Positions 1-12,186 of a stretch of DNA of 64,000 nt are shown piece by piece. A model generated the notes under the pieces. That model was not told where the DNA came from and searched no databases. It worked only from the letters and a program-made list of their open reading frames with translations. A program made the position numbers and the translations under genes. The stretch comes from Camelus ferus (taxonomy: Eukaryota). Each line of letters starts with the position of its first letter. Position 1 is the first letter of the stretch. The stretch covers positions 30,382,001 to 30,446,000 of the forward strand of contig NC_045697.1 of NCBI RefSeq assembly GCF_009834535.1, written 5' to 3'.

Positions 1-335
1 CATCTGCAAATCCCAATTTTTCTCTCCCTTCCCCCCTCCCCTCCCCATAACCATGTTTATTTTCTATGTCTCTTTCCTCTGTCATCTTCTTTTTTTTTGT
101 ATATATATATTTTTTTTTTAATTGAAATATAGTCAGTTTACAATGTTGTGTCAATCTCTGGTGTACAGCAAAATACTTGAGTCATATGTGAACGTACATA
201 TTTGTTTTCATACTCTTTTTCACCATAAGTTACTACAAGGTATCAAATATAGTTCCCTGTGCTATAGAGCATGAACTTGTTTTGGGGGGGGGTTGGGTTT
301 TTTTTTTTTATATACATATATATTTATTGAAGTAT
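1..335 (-). mobile_element. L1 3'-end fragments (antisense), including a short lineage-type L1 tail at ~100-280
   Basis: T-rich tail then aattgaaatatagtcagtttacaatgttgtgtcaatctctggtgtacagc...gttccctgtgctata, typical artiodactyl L1 3' end. Confidence 0.8.
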
Positions 336-520
336 TCTTCTGTCTTCTTAATTCCTATTGTTTTGCTTACCTTTTATCTATTTTACTGAGTAATCTGTTT
401 TAGGATGTTTAAGAGCATTAATTCCCTAATACATTAGTTTGTTCTTTTATTTCTAAAATATATATATTACATGTGTCAGGAATTTTGATAGAGTCTGGAA
501 ATACAAAGGTATAATACATA

Positions 521-1238
521 ATTCTTCTTTTAACTTTATGTATTTATTTTACAATATCATTTTTAAAATTTATTTTACAGTATATTTTAAAATCATATTT
601 TTAAACAATATTGTATGTTACAGGTATACAGTACAGTGAGTCACAATTTTTAAAGATTATACTCCATTTATAGTTATTATAAAACATTGGATATTCCCCA
701 TGCTGTACAATCCATCCTTGTAGCTTATTTTATACCTGGTAGTTTGTACCTCTTAATCCTCCACCTCCATCTTGCCCCTCCGTCTTCCCTCTCCCCACTG
801 GTAACCACTAGTTCCTTCTCTACATCTGTGAGTCTGTTTCTGTTCTGTTATATTCACTAATTGTCGTATTGTTTTAGATTCCACATGTAAGTGATACCTT
901 ACAGTATTTGTCTTTCTCTGTCTGATTTATTTCACTTAGCATAATGCCCTCTAAGTCCATCCATGCTGTATACCAGAAACTAATACAACATTTTAAATCA
1001 ACTGTACTTCAGTTAAAAAGCAAATAAACAACCCATTTAAAATATGGGCAGAAGAACTGAATAGACATTTTTCCACAAGAGGAAATGCAGATGGCCAACA
1101 GGAAAATGAAAAGCTGCTTAACATCACCAAAATCAGGGCAATGCAAATCAAAATCACAATGAGACACCATCTCACACCTGTCAGAATGGCCATCATCAAA
1201 AAGAACACAAATAACAAATGTTGGCAAGGATATGGAGA
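521..1238. mobile_element. Inverted (two-orientation) L1 insertion with 16-bp TSD
   Basis: Antisense L1 3'UTR ~590-968, sense ORF2 C-terminal piece ~1020-1238; TSD at 505-520 and 1239-1254. Confidence 0.85.
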
Positions 1239-1254
1239 AAAGATACAATACATA

Positions 1255-2200
1255 CTTTTATCTTCAAGGATTGGAGGGGCACTAGACTAGAAGAAATCAT
1301 TTATAGTAATACAGAAAAGATAGTGGTAGTTGGGGTGGAGAGACATGGTTAGGTTAAAAAAATATTTGGAAGTTATGGGCATTGAATGCCCAAGTTACTG
1401 GTTTGGACAATTCGATAGATATTGCACCATCACTGAGAGAAGGAAACTGGAAGGAGAGGGCAGGGTGGGAGCAAAGGAAATAATGAGTTCCTTTTTGAGT
1501 GTGAGTTATTTATAGGGCACCCAGGTGGAGTTGGTCAACAGGATTAATTCTTTTTGTCAATAAAGCAGAATTAGCAATTAAAGCTTTCTTCATTGGAGGA
1601 ATTTGTGTGTTATGTATATACTGCTTAGCATAGTAGCACCTGAAACATAATATGTACTTAACAATTATTGTTAATACATTTTGGTCTGAAGCTCAGGAGG
1701 GGGATTTGGATTAGAGACATAGAGTTGAGAGTTATTAGTATATAGATGATAATTTTAAAGCCATAGGAGTAAAGATCACCTTGAGAATGTGTGTATAGTG
1801 TATGAGGAAGAAAAAGCTCTTGGGAAAAAACCTTGAAGAATACTAATGTTTAACAAATGGATGGAGGAAAAAGAACCTGCAGAAGAGTAAAGAGAAAGGT
1901 CAGAAGAAAATCAAGAGTATCATGGAAACCAAGGAAGACAGTGTTTAAAGAAAATAGTGGCAAATGCTTCTATAAGATAAAGGAAAATATTTAAATGTCT
2001 TCATAAATTTAATAGCAAGAAACAGTTGGCAGTGTTGATAAGAACAGTCTAATCACATGTTGGAGGCAGAAGCCACTGTTTAGTGATTGAAAACTGAGTG
2101 CAAAGTAAGGAAAACTGAGACAGCAAGAGCAGATACAATTTTTTTCAAGAACTTACCTGAAGTGGAGGAGAGGGGAAAAGGATAGCTGGGAGGGGATGTA
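1255..2200 (-). mobile_element. Old L2 LINE fragments, with a MIR-like piece at ~1580-1680
   Basis: L2-typical gagttgagagttattagtatatagatgataattttaaagccataggagtaaagatcacc. Confidence 0.7.
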
Positions 2201-2802
2201 CAGTTTCCTCATTTATAAATTGAGGATGTTAATATTTGCTAATATTTATATAATAGAGTTATAATAAAACATGGTAAGTGAATATAGTATAGTGCCCGAG
2301 ATAAATGTACCAGTTTTTACTGTTGGATTCTGAGCACAGCTGGCTTCCTTGGAGCTAACCATGTTTATTTTAGCATGTATGGTCCCCTAGTATGACACAG
2401 ACTACTTGGTCTAGATTTGTCTTCACCTCTGGCATCTGCCTACTTAATAAACTGACCTTCACTAACATCTTGCCTCTGACACTGGTCTACTGAACAATAT
2501 CAAGTGTCGATCCTCTTTACCTATCTAAAGCACATAATTTCCTTTCTATTTTCAGTTTGTCCAAATGTAGAATACCTTTTCTCATCAGTTCTCAAAATGT
2601 GCTTAGGTAATTTGCTTGCACACATCATGCCTCTCCATTTGAGTATTTAATGATACACTGTGTTCTTCATATGTGTACTCTTAACTGCCTAAAACATAGT
2701 AAGTCTTGGATGCTACTTTGAATAGAATCTAGTATATAGATAAGCTTTTGTTGGAAATTTTTATATAAACTTGTGCTAAATTATTTTCTCTTTCTCTTCT
2801 AG

Positions 2803-2905
2803 CAATGGATTAAACTGCTTCTTCAAATTTCTTGCCTGGATTTATACAGGTTCAGCAAGTATGTTCTCAGAAGCTATACACTCTTTATCTGATACTTGTA
2901 ATCAG
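2803..2905 (+). CDS. SLC30A9: SLC30A9 internal coding exon (103 nt): NGLNCFFKFLAWIYTGSASMFSEAIHSLSDTCNQ, includes TM2 HxxxD motif
   Basis: Polypyrimidine tract plus AG at 2801-2802, GTAAG donor at 2906; manual translation matches recalled ZnT9 sequence; phase fits next exon. Upstream exons lie outside the window. Confidence 0.97.
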
Positions 2906-3069
2906 GTAAGGAGTAAGAGCTTCTTTCTTACTAAATTTCTTACTGAATTTTACTTACTTTCTTACTAATTTAAAACAATAAAAGCATGTGGTAAATAGCT
3001 ACATACTGATCTGGAATAATAACCATTATTTGAGTGAAAAATCAAGTTGCAAAATATTATCTGTAGAAC

Positions 3070-4085
3070 TTATGCTTCCAGGCCATGATGTACTAATGGG
3101 AACTGGACTTGGTCTTTTGCTGTAAACAGCTGAAAAACTAGAAAAAATATATTAAACAGTGTTTTCAAACATTGGATGATAGCAGTGCAAGACCGTGATT
3201 CTTGAAGAAGGGAAACAGATGAGGTGATCTCTATGATCGCTCTGATTTTTTTGCTTGGAGGCACATTTGGGATAGTGGAGTAGCGTGGGAGACCCATCAT
3301 TGAGTTGAGAAAACACATATTAGAGTTCGAGTCCAAAGTGGCTAGAAGTTACAAGGCAGAGTTCCACAGAGGAGGAAGCTCTGCAGAAAAAAAGCTGCAG
3401 AAGTCTTCACAGGGTTTTCCATGAGTTGACTCTTTGCTGAACATTAACTTACACATATGTAGGGTAAAGTTCCATGAGACTGGGCAAAGAATCAGCAGAC
3501 AGCATTAAGCTGAGTAATTCCTAGAGTTCACACAGGGCTTGGATTATTCAATTTCTGACTAAAATGGAGTCCTGATTGATTACCCAGGCCAGTAGAAGGC
3601 TCAGATCCTAGTAGTAGGGCTAAATTATCCTTGTTGTAAAGGCTATTCTAGAACCTCCCTAACAAAGCTCTAAAGGATCACACTGATTTGCAAGTAACTT
3701 AATTACCTGCCAGAACAAAGTCCCGCACTTGTCAGTTTCTTGTAAACATGTGCCTACTATTTGACTCAGTAATTCCACTGCTAAATATTTACCCAAGAGA
3801 AATGGGAACAAATGTCAACAAAGACTTGTATAAGAATGTTTCTAGCACCATAAAATCTCTATAGTGGACAAAAACTAGAATCAGTCCAGATGGCTATCAA
3901 CATAGGGATAAACAAATTATGGTACTCTCATACAGTGGAATATTATCTAGCAATAAAAAGAAATGAAATACTTACCTAATTAGCACATTTATACATTTCC
4001 AACAGTATGTTGAATAAAAGAAGGCAGATACAAAAGAGTAGTTATTGTATGATTCTGTTTATATGAAGTTCCAAAGTAGAACTTT
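3070..4085 (+). mobile_element. Ancient L1 (L1M/L1ME-type) 5'-region and 3'-region fragments
   Basis: aattccactgctaaatatttacccaagagaaatg...tggtactctcatacagtggaatattatctagcaataaaaagaaatgaa resembles an old L1 3' end; 3070-3720 resembles an old L1 5' region. Confidence 0.6.
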
Positions 4086-4955
4086 GACTTTAATCCTTAG
4101 AGGAGAATAGGATTGGTGATAGTCTGTGATATCTTACTTTTATAAGAAGAACAAATAAATATGCCTTGTGTTCAGTTTATAAAACACTTGATACCTCAGA
4201 CTTCATTGCACAGCCAATCTGAATATTAAGAGTTTTAAAAATAATTAAACACTCATTGACTATGGTGTAAACATTATAAACACACACACATTGTGTGAAT
4301 TGATAATGAATTTTGATTTTAATATACAGATTTAAAAATTATATGGTCTTAATTTACTCTCATTCTCTTAGTTTAATTTACTGAAAAGCCATCACCTGTG
4401 TTTTAGGTAGATTTGACTCTTTTCCTTGGGAATCCAGTAGAAAAATCTTGTAGTATTTTACTTTTTCAGGGTAGGATTTCTGATATCAAAAGTTAAAAAT
4501 CCAGTAATATTTGTTTTAGCCATTTTCAAGGTGGTGTAATCTTGAGAGAGAGAATGTTTCTAGTAAATGTCTGGTAACCCACAGAGAAATCTCATCCATG
4601 AAGAATTGGGTTATCTTGAAGCTTTACCTATTTGATTGTTTGATAACATGTTGAAAAAATAGAAAAGCCCCAGCCTAGTCGAATAAAATCACATAGGGTA
4701 TTCACTCAGAGGCTTTGTATTTTTATTAAACAAATAATTCTAATAAGGTAATCTTTTTCAGATTTCTAAATTTATATCAAATTAATAGAAAAGATACTAT
4801 GTGCAAAGATACTAATACTGCAACGTTCCAGTGGATAACTCTTTAAAGATACAATCAAAAACCCAAATAAATAGAAATGAAAGGAAGAAAAGGTGAAGGC
4901 AAAGGAGGAAGGAAGGAGAGAAAGGTGGTAACCAGGATTAAAGACTTACATTTTT

Positions 4956-5078
4956 TTGTGGTGGAAATAAAGCTCAGTGTTAGAGCACATGCTTAGCATG
5001 CACAGGTCCTGGGTTCAATCCCAAGTACCTGCACAAAAAGAAAAAAAGAAAGAAAAGAAAAGAAAAAAACAGCCGAAA
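4956..5078 (+). mobile_element. tRNA-Ala-derived SINE (camelid Vic-1-like)
   Basis: agctcagtgttagagcacatgcttagcatgcacaggtcctgggttcaatccc (A/B-box like) plus A-rich tail, flanked by TSD. Confidence 0.85.
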
Positions 5079-5094
5079 AAAGACTTGGATTTTT

Positions 5095-5737
5095 TAGCAT
5101 TAATATATGACCCAGCAATCCTACTCCATATATCTGGAGAAAAGTCTAATTCAAAAAGTTACATGTACCCCAGTGTTCATTAGCAGCACTATTTACAATA
5201 GCCAAGATATGGAAGCAACCTAAAGGTCCATCAACAGATGACTGGATAAAGAAGATACTGTATATTTATACAATGAAATATTACTCAACCATAAAAATGA
5301 ATGAGGTAATGCCATTTAGAGCAACATGGATGGACCTGGAGATTGTCATACTTACTGAAGTAAGTCAGACAGAGAAGGACAAATATCATATGGTATCACT
5401 GATATGTGGAATATAACAAAATGACACAAATGAACTTATTTACAAAACAGAAAAAGACTCACAGATGTAGAAAACAAACTTACAGTTACCAAAAGGGAAA
5501 GGCGGGAGAGGGATAAATTAGGAGTTTGACATTAGCAGATACAAACTACTATATGTAAAATAGATAAACAACAGAAGTCCTGCTGTATAGCACAGGGAGC
5601 TACACTTACTAGCTTCTAATAACCTATAATGGAAAAGAATATGAAAGAGAATATATATGTATGTATCAGTGAATCACTTTACTGTACACCAGAAACTAAC
5701 ACAACATTGTAAGTCAGCTATACTTCAATAAAAGAAT
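5095..5737 (+). mobile_element. 5'-truncated L1 (ORF2 end plus 3'UTR) with perfect 16-bp TSD
   Basis: atatgacccagcaatcctactcc...tacttcaataaaagaat; TSD aaagacttggattttt at 5079-5094 and 5738-5753. Confidence 0.92.
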
Positions 5738-6552
5738 AAAGACTTGGATTTTTGTCATATTTACTTTAGACTTTTTTTTTTCCTGAGGAAATAAAATTTT
5801 AGTTATAACTAGTCTTCCATCTTTATTCCCTCCTTCCACATCCCAGGCAATCACTGCTACATATACATTGATATGTATACTTCACGTGCCTGGTTTTGCA
5901 GTTTTACTAGAGGTGTAAATGTATCGTGTCCATACACAATATATGCTCTTTAAAGCTTTTACTATCTTATTTGTACAGCTATACAAGTCATTTTTCCTGC
6001 AAAAATCAAATATTACAGACCACCCTAATCCTACTTCTCTCCTCAGAGGTATAGACGTAGTTAAATATGAGTTCTTTGAGACCTTTTCCTCTGCTTTACA
6101 TTATATGTTGTATACAAAAGCTACAAGACAGAAGTTCTTCTGTACTTACTGTACGTACTGTTTCTAAACTTGTCTTTTTCCCGTCCATTCAATGGTATGT
6201 CCAGGAGCTTTCACCATGTCAGTGCAGAGCGCTCTGTCCAAACTCCATTCTTTTACACTGTTGTAGAGGTAACTTATGGTTTGGTTATGCCACCATTTTA
6301 TTTTGCTTCTCCCCACTGAAGGAGTTTTAGGTTGCCTTCACATTTTTCATCTTTATAAGCAATGTTGTTTTCAATCCCTTTGGGTTCATCTTTATTTCCC
6401 TCTGGTGAGACTGGAAACTAGAATTGTTGGGTTATTGAATGCTGCCCATGTTACGTGTTTCTTAGTCATTGTCAGGTTGTGCCCTCCGGATTAGCTTCAT
6501 TTCATTTTACTCTCCATTTTGCTAATGATTATTTACCTTTTTTTCTCCTTAG

Positions 6553-6608
6553 GGCTTACTGGCATTGGGCATCAGTAAGTCTGTTCAAACACCAGATCCT
6601 ACTCATCC
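6553..6608 (+). CDS. SLC30A9: SLC30A9 coding exon (56 nt): GLLALGISKSVQTPDPTH(P)
   Basis: ttttctccttAG acceptor, GTAAGG donor at 6609; in frame with neighbouring exons. Confidence 0.96.
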
Positions 6609-7539
6609 GTAAGGACATTGTCTTTATTTTGTTTTTGTTTGTTTTGGCAGCAAGTCATTGAAATAATAGCAACTGAATTTTAGGAATCTCTTGCAGTTTA
6701 TATACCTGCAGTTTTGTGATTTAGTCATTTCTTCCACTATATAGTATCTGTAATGCAGGACTCACTGCTGTGTCAAAGTAAATTCAAGATATAATTTGAA
6801 AATGGAGTTCAAATTACTTTTATGCTTTGTAACATACATAGCATAGAGATCTTATCCTGTTCATATTTGATAGTAACGACGCACATATTTTGGTCTTAGA
6901 ATTCTGTTTTATTTGGTCAAAGGAAATATCTATGCCACATTTAGACCAATAGGCCACTCAGTCTAAAATTTTAGTGATGATTTTTGTTAAATCTATGCTT
7001 AATGTATTTTAATCCCCATGTGATTTGGAAATAGTATTCTGTTAATTTTTCGAAGTTACTTATTTGTAAAATGAGTATGTGTTTTAGAATATATTGTTTT
7101 GAATCATATTATTTGATACAAAGATTTTTTTCAATTGCTTCTACAACCATGTAAAATTTTTGTAATTCTAGGTGCATTTTTTTAACAAGTCTCAGTAATG
7201 CAAATTTGAGCAATTAAATTTTTCTTAAGCCAAAAAATACACTTTTATTTCTATGAAGGAGTCTGCCTCTATGCTTTATTTAAATGCCTTTCTCTACTTG
7301 AAAGCCAGACACTCCTGTATTTTAATAAATAATAGCATATTTTGAATATCCTATAGCTGCAGCTATCAATAAGCTTATATAGAGGATAACTAGCTTTTTC
7401 ATCAGCTAGTTATACATCGTTACAATATTTTAATATGTCAAGAAAAACATTTTTTCCTGACTAGTTTTAAATACCAAATATTTAAAAACAGTAAAATTTT
7501 AAAATTTTCAGTTGTGAAAATTTCTTAAGGTACTACTTT

Positions 7540-7746
7540 AGTGTTTCCCAATAGAATTTTTTACAATAATAGAAATAATAGAAATACTTATATCTGTCCA
7601 ATATGATAGTCACTAGCTACATGTGGCAATTGAGCACTTGAAATGTGGCTAGTGCATTTGAAGAACTGTATTAAAATTTTATTTAATTTTAATTAATTTA
7701 AATTTAAATAGTCTTATGTAGCTAGTGACTTATATTGGACACTGTA
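7540..7746. mobile_element. MER3-like hAT-Charlie MITE
   Basis: ctgtccaatatgatagtcactagctacatgtggcaattgagcacttgaaatgtggctagt...tagctagtgactattatattggaca; internal inverted symmetry. Confidence 0.85.
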
Positions 7747-8777
7747 GATCTACATAACTGAAAATTTCAGTAAGAACCTACAACTTGAAAACACATAAAA
7801 TGAAAGTAATGCCACTTAATTTAGATCTTAATTTACTTTAACATATATATATGTATACACACATATCCTGTGTTACTTTGGGAGAAGACTTTAGAAGAAA
7901 GTAAATTTTTCTAAATCAAGCTGGTAGAACATTGTCACATCTATAAACTGAGAATTTCCTATGGCTAGATTATAGTATTTGCAAAAGGAATTCAGAAAGT
8001 AATTTTAATTAAGGACTCTTGTCTGTTTGCATCTGCTGGAAAGGTGCCATAGAGTTTGGGAGTAAATTTCCCAGAAAATATTTTTGTTAATGAGTGATTC
8101 TTTTTCTCTTATAGTATGTTGTATTTTTACATTTCTTAATGCTCAGTATTTTATTTGTACATATAGTAATACATTGACCAGAGATTCTTTAAAAAATACT
8201 TGCCTTAACAAAAAAGGTGCTATGAAAACACCCAGAAAACTGAAGCTTTTAGTCTTAATAATAGTAGTTAGTTGCTGTGTGCTAAGCTATACAAAACCAG
8301 AAACAAGTATCTAGCATCAAATTATAGGTAATATAAATGATTGACTGGCTGTAAAATAAGACCAAAATATTTAATTAGAAGCTGCATTTCAAAGAAATTT
8401 AAATGTTATCCTCTTCATTAAACATCTGGATGCATTTAAAAAATAAATTTTACCAGCTTTTGTGGTACATAAGAGTAAAGTCACTCTAGTAATTCAAAGC
8501 AAATTACACTGAAGAGGGCTTAAAAAATACCTGAATTAGATCATATTCACTCTTTTTATATATTTTCATAGATCTTGCAGTTCTTCCACATTATCTATTG
8601 ATTTTCTGATTAGATTTGAGTTTGGCACTTACATTTTACTTAAATGTAAAGTCATAACATCTTAATGTTGTAGGGAGTTTTTTTTTTTTACTTTTTCATT
8701 GACCTGTTAAACAGATACTTTGAAAGGAAATTATCTGGTATTTCTTGTAAACTGTATTATCTTTTTTTATTTTTCAG

Positions 8778-8913
8778 GTATGGATTTTCAAATATGCGCT
8801 ATATTGTTTCACTGATTAGTGGTGTTGGTATTTTCATGATGGGTGCAGGATTATCTTGGTACCATGGAGTCATGGGATTGCTTAATCCTCAACCAATAGA
8901 ATCTCTTCTATGG
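8778..8913 (+). CDS. SLC30A9: SLC30A9 coding exon (136 nt): YGFSNMRYIVSLISGVGIFMMGAGLSWYHGVMGLLNPQPIESLLW
   Basis: ttttcAG acceptor, GTAATC donor at 8914; CDF-type HPYG motif formed across the junction. Confidence 0.97.
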
Positions 8914-10521
8914 GTAATCTACCCCCTGACCCCTGATCAGTTTTGAATTAGTATGAAATAATGATTAAGTGCAGTAGAATGCCTTTGTAAAATTGATATT
9001 AAAGAATGGGACCAACATATACCTTCTTGACTATAATACAGGGTTATATATCTGTAGTTGTGTTTTTTAGATCGTGACTGGACATGACTTCTAAATCCGT
9101 ATGATTCAGTGAGATGTTAAGAGTATCTCTGTAGGCCCATCGTTAAACACTGCTTCCTTGGTTGCAGTGTTGGGCAATGCCATTAATTTCTGCAGTTACT
9201 GTTGAAAAACAAGAAGACATCTGTTCACTTTTAGTCCCAAGAATAATTTCTTACCAGTAATTAAATTATCCAGTCTCTTATAATAGTCATATGCTACAAT
9301 TGTATTTAAAATTAAAGCTTCCCCTTTCCCTCATTCTGTTAGGAAGCCTACGTTGGGAGAATGGGAGCATGGTTACCTTCTGTATTTTCTCACCTAAGGG
9401 CTTCTGTTCTCTCTTACTCCCTAGGCTGCCTCTGGCAGCACTGAAGGTAGAGATAGGGGACAGAAAAGTACTACTTTACTGGCACCACATCATCTTGCAC
9501 GGGTTTCCTCTGGCCTCTGTAGATACTTAAAAGCTGTCTTTTTTTTTCCTCTCATGGGAACTTCTTGGAGATTACCCTGCTTGGCTGCTCTGACTATAGC
9601 TCCCTTGACAAATGCAGATTGGTCATGTGGCACCCGTCAGCTTCTGTATCTCATGGTGTAGTTTTAGACTACAGTGGAAGGAGATAAGCTTTAAGATTGA
9701 AAAGCTTATATTTCTAGTTCTTACTCTGGCATCATTTCCGTATACTCAAACAAATCACATAGCTTTAGGAAACCTCAAGTTTAACAGAATTATGAGTATT
9801 GGACTGTGTTAAAAAATTTTAAACATCTATGTCAGGGAAGCCTAGAGTTCCAAAAAGGTATTATTGAAAATTCTACAGATGTTTGATTTGAATTTCATTT
9901 AGAATTTTAAAATATATGTGTTAATTCCTTCTGTACACCTTGGATTAAAGCTATTCTTGGTATCTTTAATTTAAGAGTGTCTGGGATTATAAGGGAAGTG
10001 CAGTTGTCCTTCCCCCTCCCCCCCAAAAAAACCGATTACTGTTTATAACTGCTTATTTTTCTGAGTCAGGGCTGAGAAAGGATTCTCTTGTTACTGGGCA
10101 TACAAACAAAATCCAGAAGTTACTGGATATGGTTGTGGATCTTACTGCATCTGGTATCCACAACCTTAGGTTTCAAATAGTGTTGATTTTGAAGCCCCCC
10201 AAAATTTTTTTTACTAATTAAACCATTATTCTTTTATGTCATCAATTTAACTTAGGTCATGGTATAACATTCTTCTGTGTGTGTGTGTGTATTACCCTTC
10301 CAAGTATTAAAAAATGAGATGACCATCAAAGTTTTAATTTTTGTTTTCTCTTATGAAGATACCAACTATCTCGTTGTCCTCGTTTGAACTCTTTCCCATC
10401 AAAATCCTTATCTGGCTAGGATTTTAATTTATATTTCCATTTTAAATATTAAGACTTTATGCATGAACCATTGTAATTCTTTAGTGAAATATTAACTTAT
10501 GCTTTAATATTTATTTTCTAG

Positions 10522-10561
10522 GCATATTGTATTTTAGCAGGATCATTGGTATCTGAAGGCG
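10522..10561 (+). CDS. SLC30A9: SLC30A9 coding exon (40 nt): AYCILAGSLVSEG
   Basis: ttttctAG acceptor, GTATGT donor at 10562; frame consistent. Confidence 0.95.
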
Positions 10562-10834
10562 GTATGTACTGTCACAGTGTCTCTTTATTCTTAATTTAGC
10601 AATACATATTCAGCAGTCCATTTTGATAGATTGCTAAGTTCTGTTGATTAAAGAAAACTGTGGGAATAGGAGTATAAGTTTTGTCTAGCTCAAGGGAGGA
10701 AATTCTTTGTATAATGTACCATGGTTCTTCCTATAATAGATGGGGCAAGTTTGGAAATGCTATGTTTTTCTTGAGTATAATATCATAATGCTCAGAACAT
10801 TTGAAATGGAGTATAAAGGCATATCTATTAAAAA

Positions 10835-10988
10835 ACAGATTTCTTCTATATAGCACAGGGAACTTATTCAATATCTTGTAATAACCTATAATGAAAAAAA
10901 TATGAAAACAAATATATACCTGACTGAAACATTATGCTGTACACCAGAAATTGACACATTGTAACTGACTATATGTCAGTTAAAAAAA
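10835..10988 (+). mobile_element. Short L1 3' tail
   Basis: tatagcacagggaacttattcaatatcttgtaataacctataatg...tgctgtacaccagaaattgacacattgtaactgacta plus A-tail. Confidence 0.85.
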
Positions 10989-11559
10989 CGACCTATCTAT
11001 GTAATGAGTTTTTAAAAATCAGGTTTTAATAGTGTTAATCAGAGAAGACTCTCTCTTTTTGCATTTCAAATATTTTAAAGTTTCTGAAACTTTCAGTTAT
11101 AGCAGTATTTTGACAGAGAAGTGCTAATACCATATCATGTATGAAACTGCCTAATTCACTGCTATACTCATGTTTACTTCTAAAACATTGTTTTTTTTAT
11201 GCATTGTGTTCCCTTCATCTTTGACAGTCTTGTAAAATGGTGGTAACACCACTTACCTCAGAAGGTTGGGGGGATCAAAAGTGATTGTGCTTAGTGTGAT
11301 GCCTACCGACTAGTGTAATAAATTAAGGCTGTTGTGGTAGTAATGATATTTAAATTATTGTGGTTTAGAAATACGGGGTTCATTATATTATAATGATTAA
11401 TTGGGGTCTTGATAGTGACTAGTTTAATATAGAACTTTTCCTTATTGACAGCCCTTAGCATTTAAGCGTTGTGCCTGTTTACTTATCTCTTGAGATGCCA
11501 TCTTTAAAGTTTGAAGGCATGAAGTTTCTTCCTTGCTGATACGAATGCTTTTCTTTCAG

Positions 11560-11631
11560 CAACACTTCTTGTTGCTGTAAATGAACTTCGTAGGAGTGCT
11601 CGGGCCAAAGGAATGTCATTTTACAAGTATG
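11560..11631 (+). CDS. SLC30A9: SLC30A9 coding exon (72 nt): (A)TLLVAVNELRRSARAKGMSFYKY
   Basis: ttctttcAG acceptor, GTATGT donor at 11632; phase 1-1. Confidence 0.96.
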
Positions 11632-12078
11632 GTATGTATTTTAGAGACCCAGGTGTATTATATTATCTTCCTTATTTGCTTAAAATTGCCTAGTGCTATG
11701 GCTTTCTTCCACATAGATGTGTACAAAATATATATCAGTGTCTTCCCTATGTGCCTCTTACTTACATATCAGCTCTTTTAAAAAGAGAAATGTAGTGTAA
11801 TTTGAAAAGGAATACTTCATATTTGGATTTAACTGAAGTGAACTACAGTATTTCTGTATATGCTTATATAACTTGAGAAAGTAATTTGACTCCAAATATC
11901 AGTTATTAACATTTAAACCAAGACATTATGTTTATAATGAACAGGGTTTTCAAAATCAGGATCTCTTACATTTCTAAATCTTAATTTTAATTTAATTAAT
12001 TTAACAGATACTCATTAAAATGTTACCTGATAGTATCCAATTAAGATTTCTTTTCTTGTGTCTACCCAAATGATTAAG

Positions 12079-12186
12079 TGATGGAAAGTCGTGACCCTAG
12101 TACAAATGTTATATTATTGGAGGATACTGCAGCAGTGTTGGGAGTGATCATAGCAGCCACTTGTATGGGCCTTACTTCTCTAACAG
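12079..12186 (+). CDS. SLC30A9: SLC30A9 coding exon (108 nt): (V)MESRDPSTNVILLEDTAAVLGVIIAATCMGLTSLT, includes TM5 ED motif
   Basis: AAG acceptor (AG at 12077-12078), GTAAAT donor at 12187; phase 1-1; translation matches ZnT9. Confidence 0.95.

Noticed and set aside
993..1253. Hydrophobic 86-aa and 79-aa minus-strand ORFs
   Set aside because: Antisense translation of L1 ORF2, a common artefact.
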